Assembly: GCF_000148385.1 (NCBI RefSeq)
Contig: NC_014537.1
Span: 960,001 to 992,000, forward strand
Direction: 5' to 3'
Length of the DNA: 32,000 nucleotides
Origin: Vulcanisaeta distributa DSM 14429
Lineage (GTDB): Archaea; Thermoproteota; Thermoprotei; Thermoproteales; Thermocladiaceae
Position 1 is the stretch's first letter; each line of letters opens with the position of its first letter. The notes under the pieces were generated by a model. It was not told the DNA's origin and did no database searches. It saw only the letters and a program-made list of their open reading frames with translations. Position numbers and translations under genes: made by a program. Shown in pieces: positions 24,134 through 32,000 of this stretch.

Positions 24134-26228
24134 ATTAGTAATTGCCATTCTCGTCTCATTAATTACCTACCTCATTGACCATAGGATTTACCTAATCATT
24201 ATTAACACGTTAATACCAATCGTACTAATTAAGGACTTAATTGGGCTTAGGGAACAGGTTAGGCTATTTATTAATGGTGGTGATCCCGTAGAATCCGCGA
24301 GGATTGGTTTAGGGAGTGTCATGGTGAATGATAGGGAGTTAGTGGGTCTTAGGATTTTGGGTGTGGCTTATACGTTTGATTCCGCGTTTGAGGAGGCTTT
24401 GGCTAGGGCTCGTGCTATGGTTCACCTATTCTCTAAGTATAGGGCTGTTATTTTAATATCCTCGAGTGGAGGCTACATTATTGGCGTTGATAAGGGTTAT
24501 TATCATGAATTGGTTGCGGAACTTGAACGACTCAATGTTAAGGTTACCAGGATCAGCGGTTTTGAGTTGGCTAATGCCCTTAGAATGAGTATTAGGCGCA
24601 GGTCATTAGCTAGGCTTCCACTCCTTATACTGCCTATCCCACTCCTCATTATGTCGTCGGCCTACGTATTCCTTGCGATCTCATTACTATACATCATTTA
24701 TTCCATTAATGACCTCTCAAGGAGGAGGTTCGTGGTTAATGTTGGGTTTAATAATGAGGTTATTCACGACCTGAGGGCTATGATGGCCATGGATAGTACG
24801 ATGATAAGGACTGAGGCGCTGAGCCTTATGGGTAGGGTTTCCCGTGCCCGTGCAAGCATTTTATTAATTATCTCGAGCAATGATGAGCTTAGGGACTGGA
24901 TTAAGAACACCGCCAGTAGGGCTTATGGTAAGTTCCTAATGCTTAGGCATATTAGGTACTTCCTCAGTTATAAGGACTTTGAGATTGTATTAAGGAGGAT
25001 CCAACAGGGTGAGGATGTTTACTCACTTTACCTGGCAAGCACAGCGAGGTTCGAATCATCGTTTAAGTGGGGATGGACACCATCAGTACCAATATCAAAG
25101 ATTTTAGGTATTAATCACGGCCGTGCATGGACCATGGAACTAAACCTAGCAGTATTAATGCCGTTCTCATTTCAATTAATTAATGAAGGCCACGGCTTAG
25201 CAGTAATAGGTAGGGACATTAATAATAGGGAGATTCACTGGTCATTTAGCGGTTCAAGCCCCCATGTATTAATTATAGGGCCAACAGGTGCAGGCAAGAC
25301 AACACTGGCCATGAGTATTGCCTACCAGGTTAAGCGTAGGTTAGGGAATAGGATTAAGTTAATAATAATTGATCCCCATGGACATACCGAGGTCCTTAGC
25401 AGGTTGATTAATGTTAGGACCATAGACTTAAGTAGAAATAGAATTACAGTGAACGAGCCATCAATACTAATTGAGTCAGTACGACTATCAAACCCGCTTT
25501 TCGCAATCGGTACCGAGGGCGCATTGCTACGTATGGCGGGTATTGGTGATGAAATTTCGAGCATTGATGAATTAATGAGAAGACTTAAGGAATTATCAAG
25601 CGATTTAATACTGAAGGAGGCGTATTATAACCTATACAATGCACTTGCACCAATAATTAATTACTACAACGGCGTAAATAATGACGCACTGCTTAATGTT
25701 TATGATCTACTTAATGGTGACGCAATCTTCACAATGAGGTCAATACTAAGCAATGAATTACTTAGGTACTTAACACTGCTCATAATACTCTCCATTAGTA
25801 AGAAGGCGATTTCCGAGTGCCCTAATCCACCGTGTCCATTAAGGTACCTCATCATCATTGATGAGGCCCATAACGTACTTAAACTACCGAATGAATACAG
25901 AGTGCTTGGTGTTGATGACCCAGTGGAGAGGATGTTTAGGGAGTTGAGGAAGTTCGGCGTTGCACTATTTATTTTGGTACAACCACCACTTGATGCCCTT
26001 AATGAGGGTATTCTGGGAAATATTGGTACTGCCATTATTCTATCGGGGAACTCACAATACGTCTCTCACGTAGTATCAAACATAAGCGGTATTGATGGTG
26101 ATGATGCTACATGGTTATTGAGTGGGCGGTTCAGAGCATTGGTGTTGCGTCAGGGTGAGCCTAAGCCTATTAAGCTATCTCGACTTCACGTCCCTAAGGA
26201 GTTGATAATGGAGAAAGCAATTGGATGA
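24120..26228 (+). CDS. membrane-anchored HerA/VirB4/TraG-like P-loop ATPase
   Basis: TTG 24120 or GTG 24123 start overlaps the upstream stop, with an SD-like GGGTGA at 24111-24116. Hydrophobic segments at about residues 6-38 and 164-195. Walker A IIGPTGAGKTT (about residue 387), IIDPHGH, Walker B LIIIDEAHNVL and RELRKFGVALFILVQPP. Confidence 0.85.
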   Translation: MVRNKLVIAILVSLITYLIDHRIYLIIINTLIPIVLIKDLIGLREQVRLFINGGDPVESARIGLGSVMVNDRELVGLRILGVAYTFDSAFEEALARARAMVHLFSKYRAVILISSSGGYIIGVDKGYYHELVAELERLNVKVTRISGFELANALRMSIRRRSLARLPLLILPIPLLIMSSAYVFLAISLLYIIYSINDLSRRRFVVNVGFNNEVIHDLRAMMAMDSTMIRTEALSLMGRVSRARASILLIISSNDELRDWIKNTASRAYGKFLMLRHIRYFLSYKDFEIVLRRIQQGEDVYSLYLASTARFESSFKWGWTPSVPISKILGINHGRAWTMELNLAVLMPFSFQLINEGHGLAVIGRDINNREIHWSFSGSSPHVLIIGPTGAGKTTLAMSIAYQVKRRLGNRIKLIIIDPHGHTEVLSRLINVRTIDLSRNRITVNEPSILIESVRLSNPLFAIGTEGALLRMAGIGDEISSIDELMRRLKELSSDLILKEAYYNLYNALAPIINYYNGVNNDALLNVYDLLNGDAIFTMRSILSNELLRYLTLLIILSISKKAISECPNPPCPLRYLIIIDEAHNVLKLPNEYRVLGVDDPVERMFRELRKFGVALFILVQPPLDALNEGILGNIGTAIILSGNSQYVSHVVSNISGIDGDDATWLLSGRFRALVLRQGEPKPIKLSRLHVPKELIMEKAIG

Positions 26229-26257
26229 TTTTGAAGGGAAAATGTAATGAGTAGTAT

Positions 26258-26704
26258 TCAACTCACGTTCTCACCACTATTCTCATTATTGTTATTAACA
26301 TTATTATCGGCGTAATATGACCGATCCGACACGAAAACCTCAACCTTCTTGGCATTTAAGCTCTTAGCTATATATTCAAAGGCAGCCATTGGATTTGTGT
26401 GGCTACCGCAGGTGTATACATCGACGGTGGCATACCCGTGCTCGGGCCAGGTATGGATTGATATGTGGCTTTCAGCGACTATAGCCACTACGGATATTCC
26501 GCCATTGACTCCAAACTTGTAGTAGAAGGTTGATACGACTAACGCACCGGCGATATCCGCTGCCTCCTTAACTGTTTTTAGTAGATACACCTCATCCTTA
26601 AGCAATTCCCTATTGCAACCATATAGATTTCCATACACGTGTACCCCATACACTAGTGCATTCCTCTCCCTGCCCCCCAGTTCTATTAGGGTTTGGGTCG
26701 TCAT
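26258..26704 (-). CDS. speH: pyruvoyl-dependent S-adenosylmethionine decarboxylase family proenzyme (SpeH-type; could be the arginine decarboxylase paralogue)
   Basis: YGCN..., GGISVVAIVAESHISIHTWPEHGYATVDVYTCG with the E-S self-cleavage site. I prefer ATG 26704 to the track's TTG 26713. The C-terminal tail is Asn-rich (NNVNNNNENSGENVS). Confidence 0.9.
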   Translation of the reverse strand: MTTQTLIELGGRERNALVYGVHVYGNLYGCNRELLKDEVYLLKTVKEAADIAGALVVSTFYYKFGVNGGISVVAIVAESHISIHTWPEHGYATVDVYTCGSHTNPMAAFEYIAKSLNAKKVEVFVSDRSYYADNNVNNNNENSGENVS

Positions 26705-26861
26705 CTTCCCCAATATTGAACGTTTTTTGAGTAATGCGTACCCAACCCCTATATAAACATATCCCCCTAAAAACAGCGGTATTACCTTAAACGGTGAAGT
26801 TCACGGCTTGGGTTCATTAGGGGATAAGTATTAAATACTTCAAGTGTAATTTCTCTGTTAG

Positions 26862-27476
26862 ATGGAAGGACTGGATTATTTTAAGAGTGCGTATGTAGAG
26901 ATTGGAAATTTTATTTTAAATGCCCTCAACATAATTAATATGAAGGAGATCGAGTTGTTCGTGGATGCCTTGATAAATGTCTATAAGAGTGATAAGAAGG
27001 TCCTCGTCGTTGGCGCAGGTAGGTCAGGGCTGGTGGGCAGGGCATTCGCGATGAGGTTAATGCACCTTGGTTTTAGGTCCTATGTGCTTGGTGAGACAAT
27101 AACGCCCAGTGTTGGTGATGGTGACCTTGTGGTTGCGATTTCCGGTAGTGGTACGACGACCATGGTCGTGGCTGCGGCTGAGGCGGCTAAGAAGATGAGG
27201 GCTAGGGTCGTCGCAATAACGAGTTATAGAGACTCACCGCTGGCTAATTACGCCGATTTGGTGGTCCAAGTGCCTGGTAGGACTAAGGTGGCTAAAATGG
27301 ATGATTACTTCGCCAGGCAGATACTCGGTCTTCACGAGCCTCTGGCGCCATTGGGGACATTATTCGAGGACACAACGATGGTTCTGCTTGACGCAGTAAT
27401 TGCGGAGTTAATGCATAGGCTTAGGAAGACGGAGGATGAGATAAGGAGTAGGCATGCCAATATTGAGGTTCCCTGA
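26862..27476 (+). CDS. SIS-domain sugar-phosphate isomerase, 6-phospho-3-hexuloisomerase-like
   Basis: [25 protein letters not shown]...[12 protein letters not shown] is the SIS/PHI signature. The leaderless ATG lies about 27 nt from TATTAAAT. Confidence 0.85.
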   Translation: MEGLDYFKSAYVEIGNFILNALNIINMKEIELFVDALINVYKSDKKVLVVGAGRSGLVGRAFAMRLMHLGFRSYVLGETITPSVGDGDLVVAISGSGTTTMVVAAAEAAKKMRARVVAITSYRDSPLANYADLVVQVPGRTKVAKMDDYFARQILGLHEPLAPLGTLFEDTTMVLLDAVIAELMHRLRKTEDEIRSRHANIEVP

Positions 27477-27486
27477 ACTAGTTCCC

Positions 27487-28611
27487 CTATTCCTCGCTCT
27501 CCATTGCCCTAATACCAACGTTTATGAGACGTTTAAACACCCTATCAATTAACCTCACGTAAATGCCCTTTTGACCCACGAACGCACCAAAGGCGTTCTT
27601 TTTCACGGTTACCATTAGCTCAGGCCCCGCGAAGTCCACGTCAACTATGTGCTTACCAATCCAACCAACCGGGTGAAGCGCCCTAATCCACTCCTTGAAG
27701 TTAAGGTTCATCTCCACGGTCCTAACCCTCAGGTTACTCTCACCCTCAATTGCCTTAATCCTCTCACCACCCTTACCAACCACCCTACCCAGGTGACCCT
27801 CCTTAGCTATTATTAATGCGTCAGGCACATTCTCACTCTTAATGCCCAGATTCTCCTTCTCCTGCTTAAACTCAATCACCGTAACTACATCGGCGTCCGG
27901 CGCGTGAACCCTTATTAAGTCGAGTATCTGCTTCTCCGTATTACTCAATTCCCTCTTCCTCATCCTCAACTCAAAGGATACCTTAACACCCCTCTTGGCA
28001 CCTGGTCTGACGATATCCTTAAGGCCTAGGTCCACAACCACCGCATTCTCCTCATTAAGTAGAACCTCCCTGAGCAATGTTGCACCATCCTTCTCAACAC
28101 CAAGTGGTCTCTGGAGCACTGGGTCGCCCGCGATTATTAATCGTGAATTCCTGCCAATCCTCATGAGTATCTCAGCGGCATTTTCAGGCTGAGTGCTCTG
28201 GGCATCGTCAAGGAATATTAATGAGTCATCAAACGTCCTACCCCTTAGGTAGGATACGTCGGTAACCATTACCTTACCCTCCTGAAGAAGCTTCGTTATT
28301 TCCTCCCTATCCATCAATCCCTCAAGGATGTCCTCAAGGTATGCGGAAGCAACCTTATAGTACAGGTCACCAAGTTCCTCAGGCGTTAATGACCTACCCG
28401 TGCTAACGTCAACCACGGGCCTGGCGATTATGAATCGCTTATAGGTCCCTGCAAGTACTGAGGATATGCCGTAAACGCATGATATTAGGCTCTTGCCAGT
28501 ACCCGTTGGTCCGAAGACACCCACTATCTCGTTCCTCGAGTCCTTAAGCGCATTTAGGAATCTCTCCTGTCCAATGCTCATTGGCTTAATCTTGTCCAGT
28601 AATGACGACAT
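27487..28611 (-). CDS. PhoH-like ATPase fused to a C-terminal KH domain
   Basis: Walker A VFGPTGTGKSL, SYLRGRTFDDSLIFLDDAQS, IIAGDPVLQ and a KH motif LGRVVGKGGERIKAIE. Confidence 0.85.
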   Translation of the reverse strand: MSSLLDKIKPMSIGQERFLNALKDSRNEIVGVFGPTGTGKSLISCVYGISSVLAGTYKRFIIARPVVDVSTGRSLTPEELGDLYYKVASAYLEDILEGLMDREEITKLLQEGKVMVTDVSYLRGRTFDDSLIFLDDAQSTQPENAAEILMRIGRNSRLIIAGDPVLQRPLGVEKDGATLLREVLLNEENAVVVDLGLKDIVRPGAKRGVKVSFELRMRKRELSNTEKQILDLIRVHAPDADVVTVIEFKQEKENLGIKSENVPDALIIAKEGHLGRVVGKGGERIKAIEGESNLRVRTVEMNLNFKEWIRALHPVGWIGKHIVDVDFAGPELMVTVKKNAFGAFVGQKGIYVRLIDRVFKRLINVGIRAMESEE

Positions 28612-28654
28612 CGGTTCATGATTAATTAATGGGTTTTTAAATCCTTACTTGTGA

Positions 28655-29188
28655 CTAGCCAAACACTGTCTTCACAGGTGTAATCTTTTCGCGACAGACC
28701 TCCCTGGCCAATTTAACTGGGTCATCAAAGTACTTAATCCTAATGACCCTCCTATCATCGACATACTCAGGGAATGCCTTGGGCAAGGCATCACTACTCA
28801 GGTTAGTCCCGACCAGCACGTATGCGGGCTTACCCATTGCATAGGCTAGGAGCACCTCGATTATCGTCCCAGCACCACCGCCTAACGCCACCAGTACGTC
28901 ACTGGACCTAACCATTATTACAGACCTACACCTAAATTCACACCCACTGTCAATCCTAATAACACCGCTTGGTAATTCGACATCATGTCTCTCCAGGGGG
29001 AGTATGACGGCTATCCTAAAGCCTAGTTTCAACGCCTCATCAATTATCGTCTTCATGAACCCCCAATAACCACCAAGCAATAGTGTGGCCGTTGGGCACT
29101 GCAAGTGAAGCTCCTTGAGAAATTCCCTGGCCATGGCCTCGGTCTTAGGGTCCACAGGGCTTGAATGAGCCGCTATGGCAATCTGCAT
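28655..29188 (-). CDS. LOG/TIGR00725-like Rossmann-fold protein
   Basis: LLLGGYWGFMKTI and VLVALGGGAGTIIEVLLA resemble the LOG/DprA-related lysine-decarboxylase-like family. Confidence 0.65.
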   Translation of the reverse strand: MQIAIAAHSSPVDPKTEAMAREFLKELHLQCPTATLLLGGYWGFMKTIIDEALKLGFRIAVILPLERHDVELPSGVIRIDSGCEFRCRSVIMVRSSDVLVALGGGAGTIIEVLLAYAMGKPAYVLVGTNLSSDALPKAFPEYVDDRRVIRIKYFDDPVKLAREVCREKITPVKTVFG

Positions 29189-29228
29189 CGCTACTACGCT
29201 GAGTTAGGCGCTTAATAATGCTTAATCC

Positions 29229-30278
29229 TCATTGAATATTCATTGATTCTCTAAGCATCGGTATTATGTGGTTATCAATTATGTAGTTAATGACCTCCCT
29301 ACAACCATTACAATTAATGGTTGATACCCTGAACGTAGGTATTGACCCATCAATAACCGCCACACTATTTAATGCAGTATTTACCTCATTCTCTGTGGCA
29401 ATGTCGATCTTATTCACGAGTAGTAATAATGGCGTACCACTAAAGCTGCTTCGGATCTCCCTCAACAGGTTTAATTGTTCCATTAATGAGTAACCGCTGT
29501 GGTTTGTTGGGTCCAGGATAAAGACTATGACCCTCGCCAAATACTTCAGCGCCAGTATTGCCTGGAGTTCGATCTTATTACGTTCGCTCAATGGCCTATC
29601 AAGGAGGCCAGGGGTGTCTATTACCTGGACCTTCACGTCGTTGAGAACCGTGAAATGACCAACATGTAACTCCTTTGTGGTGAATGGGTATTCTGCAACT
29701 TTAGGTTTACCACTACTCACACACCTAACGAAGCTACTCTTCCCAACATTGGGCATTCCAGAGACCACAATCGTGAATAGGCCTGGATCTATGCTTGGTA
29801 ACTTGTCGAGCTTAGTCGCCGCACTCTTCAGGAAGTCAAGCTCCGGCTTTAAGTCCATGATCAAGTCCTTAACCCTGGCTAGGAAGTTCCTCCTAGCCCT
29901 AACTATGTCATTACCTGTCGTGGCGGACCTAATGGCCATCACGGCATCCTTATATATTGATGAGAGGGCCTTCGTGGCATGACCAACCTTAGCCAGGGAG
30001 TGCTTGTACATGGTCCTATCAATCATTAACTCAATCAATTCCCTATAGAATGGGTGCAGGGAATCTAAGAACGGCATCCCGAGGGCCACATCACGAAAGG
30101 CATCACTCAAGTACTTCCTAACCTCCCTAACCCTCCTCAACTCAAGTCTCCTCAACCTATCAATGCCAGGTTCAATACTTGGGTTCCTAGCCTGAAGACT
30201 AAAGTAAACACCAACCACGGCATCCCACAACTCCTCACTGGTCGGTACATGTGGTGCTCTAATCACGTTAATGACCAC
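29229..30278 (-). CDS. NOG1-type GTP-binding protein
   Basis: N-terminal helical NOG1 domain, then G1 VSGMPNVGKSS, G3 DTPGLLDRP and G4 NKID. Confidence 0.9.
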   Translation of the reverse strand: MVINVIRAPHVPTSEELWDAVVGVYFSLQARNPSIEPGIDRLRRLELRRVREVRKYLSDAFRDVALGMPFLDSLHPFYRELIELMIDRTMYKHSLAKVGHATKALSSIYKDAVMAIRSATTGNDIVRARRNFLARVKDLIMDLKPELDFLKSAATKLDKLPSIDPGLFTIVVSGMPNVGKSSFVRCVSSGKPKVAEYPFTTKELHVGHFTVLNDVKVQVIDTPGLLDRPLSERNKIELQAILALKYLARVIVFILDPTNHSGYSLMEQLNLLREIRSSFSGTPLLLLVNKIDIATENEVNTALNSVAVIDGSIPTFRVSTINCNGCREVINYIIDNHIIPMLRESMNIQ

Positions 30279-30375
30279 GCCAATGTCTACAACCCCCTTA
30301 ATAAACGTTTAATCAATAATATACATAACCTAAATAATCGCAGTAATTAATAGGCAATAATCAACAATTAATGGG

Positions 30376-30942
30376 ATGAGCATTAACAGGCTAAGTGTGG
30401 CGGGGCTTCTAGTATTCATTGGCGTGGCTGAATTCCTACTGTTAATGTTGATCGCCGAGACGCTTTACCCGGGGTATTCGGTCTCCAGAAATTACATCAG
30501 TGATTTGGGCGTTGGGCCTACGGCGATCTTATTCAACTCCTCAATAATAATCATGGGCCTCCTACTAGTAATTGCGGCAATACTCGTATGGGGACTTAGT
30601 AAGGTCTTTGCGGTAACAATAGCCCTAACGGGCATTGGCGCAATGGGCGTTGGCGTATTCCCAGAGACCGTTCATCCACTCCACCTAATCTTTGCATTAA
30701 TAGCCTTCCTATTCGCATCAATATCGTCATACCCAACGATAAAGATATCAAGGAGCCCAGGGAGAGCACTATGGCCGATACTAGGCACAATTGGCCTCAT
30801 AGCCCTAATACTATACATAATGCACATGTACCTAGGCCTAGGCCCAGGCGGGATGGAGAGGATGATAGTATACCCAAACCTAACCTGGGCCCTGGCCTTC
30901 TCCGCGGAATTAATGAATTATAAGGATGCCTCCGGGGTATGA
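30376..30942 (+). CDS. DUF998-like integral membrane protein
   Basis: Six hydrophobic helices and the YISDLG motif after TM1. The leaderless ATG lies about 27 nt from TAATTAAT. Confidence 0.65.
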   Translation: MSINRLSVAGLLVFIGVAEFLLLMLIAETLYPGYSVSRNYISDLGVGPTAILFNSSIIIMGLLLVIAAILVWGLSKVFAVTIALTGIGAMGVGVFPETVHPLHLIFALIAFLFASISSYPTIKISRSPGRALWPILGTIGLIALILYIMHMYLGLGPGGMERMIVYPNLTWALAFSAELMNYKDASGV

Positions 30943-31007
30943 TTAGTAATAATCACGGGGCCTAATTATCGCTCATGTATTTAACGGGTTGGTTCACTTG
31001 GGACATA

Positions 31008-32000
31008 CTATGAATATGTGCATGGTGTATAAACTATGCCTGACGATACTCCACTTACGTAAGAGCCAGGTGGTGCATTTGCAAGATTCCAGTATGCGGC
31101 TGTGATTGAAAGATCCACAGTACTGCTTGATGAAGGTACAACATCAATAACCCACCAGGCATTGACCCAAATGGTCTGGTAGGTATAGTAGGCACAGTAT
31201 ACCCAGGAGGTTACTGCATTATTCTCAAAGTCTACCGGAAATGCCGCATAGCTTTCCGTAGATAAACTCGGTAAGTATATGCTGGCTGGTGATATGTCCT
31301 CAAAGGCATTTGGGAATGTCGCATAGCTGCCGCTGGCGCCTATACTGAATGTCCACGTGATGTTGGACAGTATTATAGTGGGTACGTTGGGTAGGCTTGT
31401 GCTATATCCTGGATTTTGAGAGAGGGAAATCATCTCGCTAGTACCAGCAGGTAACGATATACCAATCCCGATAAACGGAATTGACGTGCTACCTATTGAT
31501 TGTGGAATCCATTGAGTAGGACCTCCATCACCGACAAATGTGCTGACCTCGCCTTCCTTATACATCTGATAGCCGGTGTAGTAATCAATGGCGCCCACCT
31601 GGTAACCCTCAAGACCACCGTTATTATACATCGTAGGACTCTCTAAATATGCTTCATAACCGATAACGTTTATGGGGACTGATGATGGTGCACCACCAAA
31701 GATTTCGTTAGATGCCAATAAGCATGTATCCCAGTAATACGTGCCGTTTCCGTCAGAGTAACCCGGTATGCCGTACTGGTACCAACCTGAATAAAGCATT
31801 GGTGCCGCCCATATAAACGTGGTGGTATCCGTCACATACACACCGGATGATGGACTTGAGGCACTGCTAAATTCGACGGAGTATCCCTCGTAGCATGGAT
31901 CCTCGCCTTGCACCGGGTCTACGTTGCTACTTACTGTTGTCGCTGTTGTAGTCGGTCTCATCATGTTTACCATAACCGTTGTTAATTGACTTAAGTACAC
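31008..32000 (-). CDS. Tyr/Ser/Thr/Gly-rich extracellular protein, possibly incomplete at the window edge
   Basis: The frame is open to the window end. The sequence has a Thr/Ser-rich linker TTTATTVSS and is rich in Y, S, T and G with several N-x-S/T sequons. I recognise no catalytic motif. Confidence 0.5.
   Translation of the reverse strand: MYLSQLTTVMVNMMRPTTTATTVSSNVDPVQGEDPCYEGYSVEFSSASSPSSGVYVTDTTTFIWAAPMLYSGWYQYGIPGYSDGNGTYYWDTCLLASNEIFGGAPSSVPINVIGYEAYLESPTMYNNGGLEGYQVGAIDYYTGYQMYKEGEVSTFVGDGGPTQWIPQSIGSTSIPFIGIGISLPAGTSEMISLSQNPGYSTSLPNVPTIILSNITWTFSIGASGSYATFPNAFEDISPASIYLPSLSTESYAAFPVDFENNAVTSWVYCAYYTYQTIWVNAWWVIDVVPSSSSTVDLSITAAYWNLANAPPGSYVSGVSSGIVYTPCTYS

Noticed and set aside
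20468-26257. The MTase/ATPase block considered as a recently integrated mobile element or conjugative plasmid remnant.
   Set aside because: I could see no integrase, transposase, flanking direct repeats, tRNA target or partial gene duplications. The junctions with housekeeping genes are only 35 and 29 nt. I could not compute compositional statistics, so horizontal origin remains untested rather than excluded.
26714-26861. Complementary segments in the speH / SIS-gene intergenic region (ACCCAA/TTGGGT and TCCCCCTAA/TTAGGGGA), considered as a structured RNA.
   Set aside because: The pairings are short and imperfect, and they are ordered A-B-A'-B', so they would form a pseudoknot only. The region is adequately explained by two divergent promoters with TATA-like elements.
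3101-30790. Short ORFs of 60-128 aa in the track that lie antisense to or inside the larger genes: 3101-3283, 6015-6233, 7052-7255, 7200-7382, 8664-8846, 9185-9391, 9902-10108, 10135-10332, 11673-11894, 13449-13661, 13886-14095, 15115-15429, 15916-16113, 16171-16374, 17732-18118, 18146-18346, 18404-18586, 18680-18916, 19221-19403, 23506-23727, 25322-25564, 25700-26035, 27995-28192, 29290-29493, 29677-29982 and 30596-30790.
   Set aside because: Each lies wholly within a longer ORF on the opposite strand that has clear family motifs. Their translations are low-complexity (Ser/Leu/Thr/Pro-rich), which is typical of antisense frames. None has its own TATA-like element at -27 or any recognisable motif.
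1-32000. A window-wide scan for CRISPR arrays, IS or MITE terminal repeats, tRNA or rRNA genes and long tandem repeats.
   Set aside because: I found no regularly spaced repeats, no GC-rich cloverleaf-like intergenic segments and no rRNA-like stretches. The only tandem repeat noted is the 15-nt-period duplication inside the proS 5' region (7215-7240). This was a by-eye scan, so short or degenerate elements could have been missed.

Overview
The window reads as a gene-dense chromosomal segment of a hyperthermophilic crenarchaeon. A Thermoproteales-like origin is my inference from gene content and promoter style; no database search was possible. About 33 protein genes are supported. All product calls come from motif recognition by eye.

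Most genes are housekeeping:
- cobamide and tetrapyrrole genes (CbiX-like, CbiB, SUMT)
- prolyl-tRNA synthetase, RibL, Sir2, QueD, archaemetzincin, SpeH
- a PHI-like SIS protein, PhoH-KH, a NOG1 GTPase, a PUA protein, a tRNA-binding protein and an M16 peptidase
- a GH57 glycoside hydrolase, an amidohydrolase and a VWA protein

Many genes have an A/T-rich TATA-like element centred about 27 nt upstream of the start codon, which indicates leaderless transcripts. I used this geometry to refine several starts.

I found three archaeal C/D-box sRNA candidates that are not in the ORF track. Each has a TATA-like element about 27 nt upstream of its C box. The one at 12222-12272 (+) is textbook, and its D' guide is complementary to the conserved 16S helix-34 segment CCGUCGUCAGC. 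The ones at 19850-19901 (+) and 8304-8359 (-) are weaker.

The most unusual locus is 20503-26228. A gamma-class N6-adenine DNA methyltransferase is divergently paired with two translationally coupled HerA/FtsK/VirB4-type ATPases, and the second ATPase is membrane-anchored. Unlike most other genes here, these use leaders with Shine-Dalgarno-like sequences. I cannot recognise an adjacent nuclease, pilin, channel or integrase. This is a candidate uncharacterised DNA-translocation or defence module.

I saw no CRISPR array, IS element, integrase, tRNA or rRNA gene.
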